This document shows, piece by piece, positions 1 to 12,863 of a stretch of 64,000 nucleotides of DNA; position 1 is the stretch's first letter, and every line of letters starts with the position of its first letter. A program made the translations under genes and the position numbers. The DNA is from Bugula neritina (Eukaryota; Animalia; Bryozoa). A model generated the notes under the pieces. That model saw nothing but the letters and a program-made list of their open reading frames with translations. It had not been told where the DNA came from and did not search any database. The stretch covers positions 30,928,773 through 30,992,772 of the forward strand of contig OZ037766.1 in the NCBI GenBank assembly GCA_964035545.1, read 5' to 3'.

Positions 1-3000
1 TGATGGTTTGAGTTTCAAAAAACAAACTATAAACACAAGTGGTCTCTGTATTGCTAAAATATGATTTACAGTAAAGTAAACAGTTTTCTTATTATTTCAG
101 TATATTTCAGCCAAACATATAGACTAATATAAATATATTAATTATAAATATTACATATATACATCTAAATCTCAACTACCTAATTTGCATAGGTAGTGTG
201 TATAAATAGAAAAAGTAATGTATTGGTAGAAAAGTTTTAAACCAATTAATTTGTAACCAATTACTTGTGTTAAATATATATCAAGAACATTTTTAAACTT
301 TTAAATACCAAATATATATGTAAGTACTTTAATTCACTTACTTGGCAATGTATTTGTGACTTACCGCTGTGGCTGCAAATAGAAAGGTAACTCCCGAGAG
401 TATTAAAATTATTGTGCTGGACGATAGAGATGCCAGCCCTGAAGCAGCTGAAATTAAATAATTACTTATAAATTTTTGAATTAAATTTAAAAAAGCAAGA
501 CTAATAAGCTCAAGCAAGTTTATAGTTACCATATCTGTGAGAGAACCGGTAATAGAAAGAGTTTTTGTTAAATCGGGCTAAGGACTTATCAAGATGAGGC
601 ACAGGAGCAATTATGATTGGATGTTTTTTCTAACATCACCAATGGCCTTTGTCAGGGCTCAAACCCATGACTCCGTACACTTACTAGGCAAAATTTCTAA
701 CCTCAAGACTACGGCTGCTCCCTTAACAAGCGAGACTAGTAGAATTATTATAAAAATACTCAAATACGATTTTTTTGCTGTAAAGTGAGCAAAAATATGT
801 TTTTTTTTTATAGGTATATTTTTCGATACTTATTTAATAAATTTACTATTTAATAGCTACCAACTCTTGCACACAGCACAGCACTAACATATTTTCTTTA
901 CAAATAGCTATATTAGGAATTAAAATAAATAGAGTATAATTGAACACCATGCAACTACTTCCTTGCATACATATAAGCAACATGTACTGCAGTTTTAAAT
1001 ATTGACACTGTTATGTAGTATTAGAGAAGTATGCTTACAATTTTATCATCAACATAGCATATACAGGTATTCTTACCAAGTTCAGGAAAATTGGATACTT
1101 GTACTTTTTGGTTGTACCGAGAGTGATTTGATTGGCCAGCTATTTGAACTTGAAATTCAGCGCCAAAAATGTTTTCTGGCAAGTTATCGAAACTCTCCAA
1201 AGAAACTACTAATCTGTATCGAATTTTGACACCTAGTTTTGTGCCGCTATTTTTTTGAGTTTCCACCACTTTTCTAGAACATGCAGTAAAATACAGCATT
1301 TATAAGTTTTATATAGGTATAGAATGCTGTGTTTTTATATGAAATATTTTTGTAGGAAACAATTAAAAGTTGATCAATGTTTAATTTTTAGGTATAGTTG
1401 TACTTAAGCATATCAATTTGTTTTTACATGATAACTTATGATTTTATGTTTGATGCAATTTACCTGCCATCTAGTTGAGTTACTGATCTTCTGACAACAG
1501 AATTATCTGGTAGGAGAGTTAAAGTAATATGGTGAGGAGGTTCAATCTGACGAGTCTCTTCCCACGCCTCAAACACAACTTCTAATTCATTGTTGCTTTT
1601 ATTGTATATGCCTAGGCTTTGTGGAACAATTACAAGCTTTTTACCTACAAGTTTAAAACAAAGAACCAGCCATTATGGCCAAAAAACAAACACATCTCAT
1701 TTAATAAATTTCACAGATCGATCTAAATATACATCTTTTTTGTACAATAAAACTAATATAGTGTATAAATTTAATTCAAACCGCACTTTATTTATTTGAT
1801 GTAACAAATTTTGTGCTTTAAAAGCTGTATGTTGTAATTTACCAGTCAAGAAGAAGTATAAAGGTGGTTCCTTTCTGGGCTGAGATGGTGTCGTAAAGAT
1901 TATTGCGAAATCTAATCGGACGTAGGAGTGAGTGTCTTTATTGTAATTTGGATCTCGAAGATTGAAACTCTTCTCTTCTGTTATCAAAAAGTGAGAAAAT
2001 TAGAACTAATCATGTTTTACATAAATAAAACTCACGCAGGTTTATAGTCGCTATCTTTGTGAGAAACCCCTGATGGAAGGTTTTTTGTTAACTCGACTAA
2101 GGACTCATTTAAATAGGGCACAGAAGCAATTATGACTGGATGCTTTTCCTAACATCACCAATAGCCTTTGTTAGAGCTCAAACTAGTGACAATTTGTGCT
2201 TACTATAAGCAAGCTCTCTAACCCCTAGGGCCTGGACCACAGCTTCTCCTAATTATGTTACATCATGAATAAAAGAGCTATTTGAACTAATGCCTCTTTC
2301 CATGTTTAATTGGTATTGCTTAATATATAAAGACATTTTATTGTATTGAATACTGATCGATATTTATATACAATTATAGTACGATGCACCTTTGTGCTAT
2401 CAAAGTATTGCATAATTTTTACGAATATAGTGATAGGATTGTACATTTGTCAAACTTTTTCGAGTATAACCTTAAGAATTTTTGAACTTATTGAAGGCTT
2501 CTATGATTTAAGGTATTAAAAACATATGAGATTATATATAAAATATGTATATACATGAATTTGTATATGTATCTTCCCTTTCATATTGTATAAACTTGAA
2601 AATATGTTTTATGTCATATTTTCCTCACATTTGTCGTTAATTCTTACATTGTCTATAATCGATAAGAGGTCTTAAGCTTCAGATGCACAATACTATTATA
2701 ATAATACAGCAATACTTATATTAGATCAATAAAATGCAATAACTGCATGCACACCTAGTTTGAAGTTTTTACTGTAAATTACATCGCTGTTGATGTCGAA
2801 TATCTTTAGTGAAATAGCTTCAACTTTTTGGCAAGAGCCAATGCATAGTCCGTGATACTGGAAATTCCATGACAAAACATCACCTTCTGTTACTTTGACA
2901 TCAAGTTGATAATAGTTGTGTTCACTCAGTCTAAGTAAATAAATCAGATTTGAATTGACCAATTATCTAACTTAAATCAGAACTGAATCGATCAAATACC

Positions 3001-6000
3001 TAAAATAAATCAGAAGCGAGTTGACCAAATTTTTTAACATTTTCACATCAACTTCTTAAACACTCAAAAGCTTTAATATGTTACCAAAAGATTAAAACTT
3101 GATTATATACCAATGAACTATTTTAAATGCATTACTAATTTTAATAATGTGTAGTTGTAGAAAATATCTTATACACTGCACATGTTACTACTTAGACTAA
3201 GACTTTAAATAAGTACAAGAGCTAGGTTGATATGTAGACATTCTTTATTTTTAAAAGATGCTGAAGCCGTGTTTTAACAAAAAAAAAAGGAGTGTTAAAA
3301 TTTTCTTCCAGTCAAGTTATATAGGTTTTCAGAAGAACCAATTAATACTAGACCAACTTAAATATATAAATAAAGGTGTTAGCGTGTCAGATAAATGCAT
3401 GTTTATATTATTATACTTGGTAAATGACTCACTCAAGTTCACACCCTTTGGTGCATGTTAGACATGTTTCAGAATCTGTATCTTCTACTGTGTTGGGTGG
3501 GCAGCTTTCGACACAGTGGTTTCTTAGCTTGAGCTTTTTACAAGCTACGCACTGAGTGCTGGACTGCATAAATAGACAATAACACTGAATAACAATTAGG
3601 AACAAAATTTTTGTGTATATAACCGGCTATAAAATGACAATATATCATTGTTTAAATTATAAATTTATCTTACTGTAAATATAATCAGCTATAGTAGCTA
3701 CAGTAACTGTAGGAGACACTGAAGCATTGCTTACCCCTCCAGAACACCCTGATTTACAAGCTGGGTGACAGTTCTTGCAAACCATATCCAGACCTTCCTT
3801 AGCCACGTAATGGTGACCTACACAACTACGCACACACCTTCCCTCTTGCAAGTAGTTTACACAAGTTCTGCAGCTTTTGTCTAAGCAGGACAAACATTGA
3901 TCATCTCCGGGTCCAGTGCAGTCAGTGGCACAACTGGGCGAGCAGGTAGCCCCACTGGAACCTATGAATATATATCATTTCATTACATGCAGCTTTTTTT
4001 AAATAACAGTAATGTAATAATTCCACTCTGAATAAATAATTTTTTAACAATAATTCTCATAGAATATGTACGCTAAAGCCAATAAAATATAATATAAAAT
4101 ATGGATAAATATATCTTGAATAATTAATTAATAACAAAGATAGTCGACAAATGCATTTTTTGCAGGGCAGCAAGTTTTAAATGATCAAACATATTTATGC
4201 AAAGTCATCAAATTTAGCAATAATTGTTTAGGAATTTTATTGAAACTTTTAATTAGTTACTTATAAGTTAGAAATGGTTTCAGTTAGAGAGTCATATATT
4301 TTTCTAATTAAAATAGCAAATTGCTACAATTTTTACTACCACTGACTGACTGACACATGTCACTCACTTTATATAAACATGTGACATAAGCTGTCTTATA
4401 CCACTTACTGACTGACACTTGTCACTCACCTAGACATGTGAACTCTTGAAAAACACTGTTTGCAAAGTTTTTAAAGGAGATAGATTTGATCAAGTTTTGT
4501 TTTGTCGGATGACAGTTATCTGTAACTGCAATCCTAGCTGAGCCACCCACATACTCCAGTTTGTCCAAACCCCAGTAATGATATTCAGGGCCATTGGAGA
4601 TTATTAATAAAGTGTGCCTTGTCCATTCTCTGTATCAACATATTATATTAATTTGTTAAATAATATCTTCACAGGTTAGTAATAATATAATAATTATTTA
4701 TTGATAAAAATGAATAAATAAAGAACTTTTTTTAATTTTCTATTTATTTAAATGAATAAAATAGACTTATATTCTGTGACCACATTCAGATATGTTATCA
4801 AAATAGAAGTTTATTTTATTTATTTAAATAAACAAAGTAGTAAACAATAATGTTTCTCATATATTCATTTTTTATTTTAAGAACTATTATAGATCAAAGG
4901 TTTTGTTGTAATATTGTCTTTTTCAGTGTCTTTCTTGTTGAGACATAGGTATGCATACGAATCAATAAAGTCATAGAGGAAAGGTTTTTGTTGCGTTATT
5001 GCTCAGCATCAAATAATGTTAAATTTTATTTTTATGGTTTTGGTTACAAACTATAGAGTGTTTTAAATTGCTAGTTTCTTAATAATCACAAAAATATTCA
5101 TTCAAAAAACTGCTGAAAGAACTATGCATATTGAAATATCTATCAGTTGTTATATTCTTTACTTTTCCGGCTATACACACACACGCATGCACGCACGCAC
5201 GCACGCACGCACTTACGCACTTACGCATGCACGCACGCACGCACGCACAGACACACACACACACAAATGAATCGAGTAGTTAAATTACGTACTCAGAGCA
5301 GAGAGGACCTGAAGACTGAATGCAATCAAACTGGGTGCTCCAAGGAACGGATTTTCCTTTTATTCTCTTCAAGTTAGAAAGCTGTGACAAGACGTGATTT
5401 GTGTTTCGACGCGAGTTAGTAATTACCACCAAAGATCCTAAAATTTCCTCTAAAGTTTTTAATTTCTCTTCATGTTCATCAACTAAAACAACACCCTTAT
5501 TTATGTAAACACTTCTTATCATAGTAAAACCAACACAGCTAAATTTATTTATAATTGCTAATATATGAGCATCTGTTTTTTTGTTTCATTTTCTACACTA
5601 ACTTATACAGTTATAGTAGAATAACTGAAACTTTTTTGTTGAGCCAATATTAGCTAGAAAAATTTTTTGTTTAAAAAACTCATTTTTTTGTTTTATTAAG
5701 CATTACTCCCACTGTTTCTATGAGAGCAACCATTCATTATGAAAAAAACCAGATTAAATAAAATTAGCGGCGTCCTAAAGTTTTGAAATACTATACTTCA
5801 ACATGTGCCTATATATACTAACTTTTTCAAAATCGAAAGATGATTTTATGTGCAGTGTACATACATACATATATTTTCAAGCTCATAATTCAGAGCTCAA
5901 GCGTTTTTTAAAACGTATAATAATGTCTTTGTAGAAAATTTTTCTTCTCATAATTTAAGTTTGTCATTAATTGTTCTCTTTTTGTATATAAGATAAAATT

Positions 6001-9000
6001 GATAACTTTCAGTTTTTATATAAATATAAATTCCCAAAGTATACAGCGACGTTTAAAAATTATGAGACTAAGTTTTCATGGATAACAATATTTTTGTAAA
6101 AATTAAAATTTAACAATTTTTAACAGCGTTCCTGCAATATTTTACTTAATTAATTTGTCAGCTATAATGTAGTAAAATTATTAGATTTTTATATATGAAA
6201 ATTAGTTGAATTTTTTTTATTTTAGTATAATTAAAAACTTTAATTAGCTTTTCAAATTTTATAATTTTTTTACACGGCTACTATCATAAATTCCTGTGAA
6301 AAGTTTTCATTACATAGTTAACTAAATATTGTTTTAACTTGCTTATATTAGTTTAATTTATATTGGTTTCTTTTATGAAACAAATTAAAAAGTAACATTT
6401 GTTGTAATTTTCTACAATTTCTAATTGATAAAAAAATGTTATAGACAAACGAATAAAAGCACTAAACAACCTGCTTTACAAATGATATTAGGCTGTTAAA
6501 CTTTCCAAATATTTCACGGATTGAGCTACTATCGTGCATTTCTTTAACTAATTATTATTTATCAGTGTGACTGAAAGCATGTAATGTATTTCTATCATTA
6601 ATTTATAAAACATGATTTTTTTTCAAAGTTTGCTGTAGCTAGGCTATATTATTTATTTATTTTAGTTACACCATAATTATGCTTAATTTAGAATTTTTTT
6701 TTTGTACATGCTCTTCTACTTATAATAGAAAATAAAATGAGCCGCAGCCAAAATATTTTAATCTTACTTCCTTCACCAGAAAGCACAATATTTCCTTTGG
6801 CAATAGTGCAGCCTACTTCAGATGGAACTAAACTACCCCTGTCCACGATGGTGAAGCAATCCAGTGGACAAACTGGATCGCATTTTACACAAATCTTATC
6901 TCTTCCTGTAGTCGGACCAAAACCTTGTGGACATGTTTTCACACAAGTGTTCTTATAGGCATAGTAACCACCTGTAATACAATCAACAAGGCTGTAGTGA
7001 AAAATAGAACAACCGAACTTATGCAAAGTATATCTCTATAGACACGCTTTGCCACACCATAGGGCGTAACGCAAAATGTCAGCCATTTTTACAAATGTTT
7101 GTGCTTCTTGTACGGTGTTGCGGTATGTCAGGATCAAGCACAACTTAATTCAAACACGTTGCGTCGAGTTTTTACTAGAGAGAACAAGATTTGCTTCAAA
7201 TGATTAGATATGGATGTTTGGTGAGATGTCATATACCGTACCCAACAGCATACTTCAAGAACTTCAGTCCAGACAAATTAAAATTGGCTGAAATTTTAAG
7301 TTGCAGCCTACGCTGCGGCAAAGTATTTTTAAGGGGTTATATATATAGGTAATACATAGTTCCAATAACTTGTAAATAGTTTACAAAATTTTACACAATG
7401 TTCCTAATAACTTTTATAATCTTTTAAATTAAAACAAAATGTGATACATACTAAACTCATGTAAAGCATTAATTCAACGTTTTTGTTGCATTATTCATAT
7501 CTAAAGCAATATTTAAGTGAGCATCAGTCTTAAATCAAAAGCAGGTTTGCTTATAGTATTAGAAATGTTAAACGTATAAAATTTAGATGTGCCAATAAAT
7601 CATAGCTCTGTACTTCCAAACACAAGATCAACATTTACCTGGACACCTTTCCACACAGAACTTATCTAAATGTTTGTATTCTGGGATTTCTCTCTCAATG
7701 ATTTCATTAGTTTTTATATCATACTTCAATTCCCCACATGCATCAACACAGGATCCATCTAGTCTGTAGAACTTCTTACAACCTCCATACTACATACATA
7801 AGACAAAATAACACATATTTTGCTTTCAAACAACTAATCTATAGGTTGTGCTAAGTCATCATTTAAGTTACTGACTTTCTATACATTTAAGTTTTAAATA
7901 ATTTAGACAACAATTAGAAAACAGAGATGAAGTATAATAAATGAACACCTTAAAGTAAAGATACTGGAACTAGTTTAACTGCTAGACTAGTTAAAACATG
8001 TGCTCTAAAGAAATTTTTTTTATTAAATTGTTACACTTTTTACCTTCTTTACTTAAAAGCTCCTAAAGCAAACTATCAGAAAATTTAAAATATGTGACTG
8101 CAAAACAGAAGTTTTTGGTGAGCTTGAGTTTTTCAGATACTGTTTACATAAAAATGAGTAAGCTGAAATTAATAAATTTTGTTGAAAAAATGCAGATTTT
8201 CTCAAGTTTTAATAGCAGGAGTTACGTAAACGCAGGCATGGTTTGTTAAAGCTGGGCAATGAGCTAAAGTTGCAAAAATATTTTATTCTTAACAAATATT
8301 AGCAATTAATAACTTATTGTAGCATAGCAGTGCAGCAGGCTATGGCAATGTTGACTCTTTATTTAATAAGATCATCAAAAGCATATTTGAAATGCCTATA
8401 TAATCAAACAAAATATTAAGAGTTGATGAGTAATAATTCAGGGTGTGTCTAAAGTATATGGACAAGATATTGGATTGCTATGAGTTAAAAAACAGAGTTG
8501 ATAATTCAGTGATTGCTTAAGAAAAACATCATTCGCATAGCAATATGCACCTGATACTTTTATTTACAAAAAACTACTTGAATCGTAAAATTTATGAAGT
8601 TTACTTTTCCACATGCGTTTTCTATCTTAGGTCCAGGACAACTATCCAGACACACATTAGGGCAGCAGGTGTTGAGCTTATAATCATCTTCTGATTGACA
8701 GAATGATCTGGGTACGCAAAAACCATACTGGTAGCAATGATCTAAACAGGCGATAAATGGGCAAATCAGCGCTGCAAGAAAAAATAATATATTTACCTTG
8801 TTAATTTACACTCTAGACAAATTATTTTAATTATGAGTAATCAATTGGTTGTACTCAAAAATGTGTTGCAAGTTTGATAGTGTCAGTTCAAGAAAACTTT
8901 AAATTTGAGTTGAAGTTAGTTATAACGTTTGACAGTTAAAAAATAATTCAGAAAAAAGAAAAATTCAATTTTTAGTATTTGCATATTTTTATATTTCTAC

Positions 9001-9088
9001 AGAAAATCTTACCTTCACTAGAATAAATAAAAAGATGAAAAATAAAACAGGCTGTTTGCTGTTTACTTTGAGAAAAAAAGTCTAACAT
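1..9088 (-). CDS. EGFR/insulin-receptor-like single-pass receptor (Cys-rich, L domain, Cys-rich, 2 FN3-like units, TM); 3' part lies beyond the left edge
   Basis: Phase-consistent GT-AG exons: 9088-9013 (putative signal peptide MLDFFSQSKQQTACFIFHLFIYSSEA), 8771-8605 (CCPNVCLDSCPGP), 7789-7639, 6971-6768 (CVKTCP...CVKCDPVCPLDC...GCTIAKGNIVL), 5482-5293 (LKTLEEILGSLVV...LSNLKRIKG, L-domain motif), 4629-4430 (WGLDKLEYVGG), 3961-3735 (CSPSCATDCTGPGDDQC...CHPACKSGCSG), 3563-3433, 2930-2755, 1977-1843, 1644-1464, 1213-1077, 447-365 and 26-1 (TM IILILSGVTFLFAATAFVFL then KLK). No kinase exons are visible in the window. Confidence 0.8.
511..722 (-). mobile_element. tRNA-derived SINE-like repeat, copy 1
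   Basis: ~210 bp that aligns by eye with 2034-2249, 28382-28604 and (inverted) 25386-25595. The head carries A-box-like and B-box-like (GGGTTTGAGCCC) motifs. Confidence 0.65.
2034..2249 (-). mobile_element. tRNA-derived SINE-like repeat, copy 2
   Basis: Shares tgtgagaaacccct, gcaattatgactggatgct and ctaacatcaccaat blocks with the other copies. Confidence 0.65.
5175..5265. repeat. (GCAC)n/(CA)n microsatellite
   Basis: gcacgcacgcac and acacacac runs inside a receptor-gene intron. Confidence 0.9.
7036..7333. mobile_element. Degenerate ~300 bp MITE-like element with ~50 bp imperfect terminal inverted repeats
   Basis: Left ctttgccacaccatagggcgtaac...aaaatgtcagccattt matches the reverse complement of the right end (ctttgccgcagcgtaggctgcaac...aaaatttcagccaattt). 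The right end finishes in ttaa. Confidence 0.5.
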
Positions 9089-9952
9089 TATAGCTCTAAA
9101 AAATTTTATTTAAACAATAGTCAACAGTAAAACTTAGATGATTGCTAATTCGAAATTCAACAATAGTTTTGTTTCAAGTATATAAAATATTTTACTTTAT
9201 TGACAACTTGCAAAACAAATTGTTGGCACACAGTTTTTATGTTCTGTGCAATAACAGTAATGAAATGGCTTTAATAATAACAATTATTAAAAATTGCCTA
9301 ACTATTAGCTATATTATATAAACACTATAGCATGTCAATTTTAAGATGCTCCACTATGTATAGTGTTTTTTAAAAGTGAATAAATTATTATGAAAACATT
9401 GCGGCCAATCTTAATATTTTAGAATTTTATCGAAAAATTTTGGTTAATTAGAAAATGTGAAAAGTGTTTTAAAAAAGAGCAGTTTGAAGAAATGTTGTAC
9501 ACGATCATAAAGAAAGCTTGTGCAAAGCTGAAGTCAAATTAAAAAAAGGATATGCTGATAGATGAAATTGAAGAAAAAATGGAAGATGATTTAGACATTA
9601 TAGCAGTTGTGCTGTGAGCATATACGAGATTTTCTTCATCAATTAATTGCACTAATGTAAACTACGGCGCATTGAACAAAGACTAAAGTTTTAAAACTTA
9701 TTTAGAATAGAAAGCTATTAAAAGTTCTAGATATATGGCAATTATAGCGAATTTTTTGCTAATCATATTTAAACTTATCGATGTAGACAAAACATTTTAA
9801 AAATCCAACAATCATGCAATAAAGAAGTGTTTGCCTTGTGAAGCAAGAGCAACAGGTTAAAGGATAAGATCTTGAATAGAGTTTAAAATTTAAATTGAAT
9901 AAAATAAGAAAAAGTAATAAAACTAACAATAAAAATAGAATAATTAAGCAGA

Positions 9953-10352
9953 ATGAATCAATGGAGACCAAACCCCCAACATTTCACTAGCATCAAACAA
10001 GCATTTATGGCGATTTTCAACTGCATTATGTGAGTCATATGCTTTGAATAAATAATATTTACTTGTCACAAAATCTATTTGTATATCTTTAGCTAACAAA
10101 ATAATATGTGCTCAATTGTTAAACACACATATGTATATTTATATAATACATATATGCAAGTATATACATGTATACATGTATATATGTGTAATATGTACAT
10201 GTATATATATACATACATGTACATGTGTATGTCATGTATACATGTGCAGGTACACGTACATTTACATGACATACACACACAGGCACACAGGTACACATAC
10301 ACATACACACATATGCATATATATAAATATAAATATATATGCATATATATAA

Positions 10353-10407
<55 letters not shown>

Positions 10408-12448
10408 CGGAGTTGTGTTTACTTGTCAGCCTACCCCGTACAGAGTTAGAGCCTGGTGGTACATGTAGAACCCAGGCAATAAAGCAGGCAATGAAAAGAC
10501 ACAGACTCACAGTTGATATTCACACACTCTTCACACCTACTATGGACTGCATCAAAGAGATTGGTGAGTTGAACATATATCTTGCATATTCAGTTTGACC
10601 CCAAATGCATTGTAAGCTTTGCAAATAAATATCAATTGCAATAAATTGTATAGACAGAACAGTGAAAATATATTTAACTTTTCTATGAACTTAGTAATTT
10701 TAGGTTAAATTGCCTGCGCTGCTTAAAATAATTAGTATTTAACAGTTGTGATTTAACAACAGCATAAATACAGAAACCTATAATGCTGGTAAACCAAAAA
10801 ATAAATTTATAAACATATTATACCTTCTTTTGAAGCTTCTCTGCGTGCACAGGATGTGTGTATGTGGTTTTGTGCAATCATTTAAATGCATTTGTGCTGT
10901 TGTGTGTCTATGCAGTTGTGAATGTGTGTGTAAAATAAATTTCATGCTAATCAGAAAAAAATGTGCGTCTAATAATTTGCAGACAATAAGCTATGCCCAT
11001 GATGCATTGAAACAATTATATTCCAATCTGGTATCAAAATTCATACTGAAGTGCGTGCAACTAGGGTATTGCTATTAGATTTTATTGTAGTCTGCATCTA
11101 TATAAGAAATGCAAGAAGCTCAGATGGGGTAATAGACAGTTCAATACTAAAAAGGATAATGACTGAGAAGAAGTCAACGGCCATGACCTTGTTTTATGAA
11201 TACTTACATAAACTGAGCGTGTGCAGAGAGGATAGAAGTTTTGCAATCCTAATATCTGTAAATTCGTTACCTTTTAAATATTGACATAATAATGTGAATA
11301 TATGAAAATCCTAAAATAAATGTTATAACCAATTTTTAATTTTTTTATAATGCTTTTATATAAATCATACATAATTATCATGTCACATGGAAACTATGCA
11401 AAGAAAGATTATTATCTAAAATAACTTTGGTTTATATAAACAATATTGTAGCACTTACTGTGTGTTGGATTAATGATTGCTCAAGCACTGATAGAGCTGG
11501 AAGAGATAAATTATAACAGACTGTGTCACGTCATAGAGTGGCTCTATCACCATCTTATGTACACCAGAGAACCTTCTTGGAGCAGATATCTGGAAGATCA
11601 CGGAGGGTTTGTAAGTTGATAGTTTGCTCAAATCAAAGTTTAAGTTTGTATTATAGATGTTATATAGCTGCTAAAAGATAACTGCAGCTATATTCATGTA
11701 TCTGATTATTTGCATTGCTCTGTATATATAATAGGTTTTTATTGAACTGACATACTGCAACAAGCCTTTAAAATATGCTGTAGTTTTTTTAACTTTAAGC
11801 ATGCTCAGTTAGTGGTTTAAAAGTTTTGTGAATATCGTTTACTATATAAAACTTTTATACAATAAAATAATTTAAAAACTGATGTGTAGTTTGCAGTAAT
11901 AAAAATGTTTATGCTCAGTTTTCCTTAAATGTTGCATTATATCATTATATTTTCTACTAAATTAAAATTATAAAACATAAATACACATTTTTTGCAAAAT
12001 TAAATTATTTATTATTTTCTGACTAGCAGTTTTTGTTTGACTCTATTTAATCAGATATACTACTTCACATTTAGATGTGGCCTCAATGAATAAGCTACAC
12101 TTTATTTAGTAAACACTACAAAATCTTTAGGCTATGTTGACAAACTTACCAAAAGTGAGAGGAGGGATGACCATCTTCACTCAAGTACCACACTTTGTCC
12201 CAAGATCTGTGTCTAACATGTACCAATCACTGGCAGACGTTGCAGCAGAAATAGACTATCTGATTTCCCGTATGCAGAGCTGTTCCTCCGCTAGCCAACA
12301 GGACTGGAAGCAGTCTAGAATAAATGATGCACCAAACACTGATGACATAGTCACACCGAGGCATTTAATAGAAGGAATGGCTCAATCTGAAGTTGTCAAA
12401 ACTGGTGTGAAGTTTTTAGACGCAGTTTTAGACTCATCTTATAAATAA
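9953..12448 (+). CDS. Divergent Bcl-2-fold protein, array member A (~284 aa)
   Basis: Exons 9953-10029, 10430-10563, 11091-11257, 11452-11610, 12131-12448 (phases 2,1,0,0). BH1-equivalent SFAILIS|HLLCVG; BH2-equivalent WSRYLEDHGGF followed directly by a phase-0 intron. Confidence 0.7.
10120..10407. repeat. TA/CA-rich microsatellite
   Basis: (TA)n plus tacatg/caca runs in intron 1 of member A. Confidence 0.9.
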
Positions 12449-12863
12449 AATATTATGCCATCAGCAAGTTTTCACAAAACGTCTACAATTCATGGAAAAA
12501 AGAATGTGGAATATTTCTAATTGCAAAACAAAAGAAAGTTAAATAATTTTATTCTTATTTTAATTTTATTTTGAAATTATTGGTTCACAATAAAAGTTTA
12601 AAAATTCATAACAACATTAAATGCTTTTTATAGCTGTTTTATTTATGTTTTGCTTTTCTTTCACAAAAAAGCAAATATACATAGTGCATTAATATAACAG
12701 TTGGTCTTTTTATAAAAGCTTTTACTAAGAAAAGCATTTATTATCAAGCTGGTGCAGAATTTCAGCTGTCATTTTAGTAGAAACATTCTTAGTCAAGATT
12801 TTATTCTGTAGCACAGCTTTGCAAAGAGAAAATATACATTTTTTACTCAAACAAATTGACAAA

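Noticed and set aside
6470-6550. Minus-strand peptide SSIREIFG resembling an L-domain IREITG motif
   Set aside because: Exon 6971-6768 splices in phase directly to 5482, which already supplies LEEILG. The candidate donor here is poor.
9759-9971. Hydrophobic minus-strand ORF as a possible receptor signal-peptide exon
   Set aside because: It is the antisense of an A-rich tract and overlaps the start of member A. Exon 9088-9013 has the correct phase and a consensus donor.
10093-10510. Several overlapping ORFs rich in Y/I/C/V/H/T
   Set aside because: Translations of TA/CA microsatellite. The same applies to ORFs at 5079-5377, 36158-36613 and 50632-50910.
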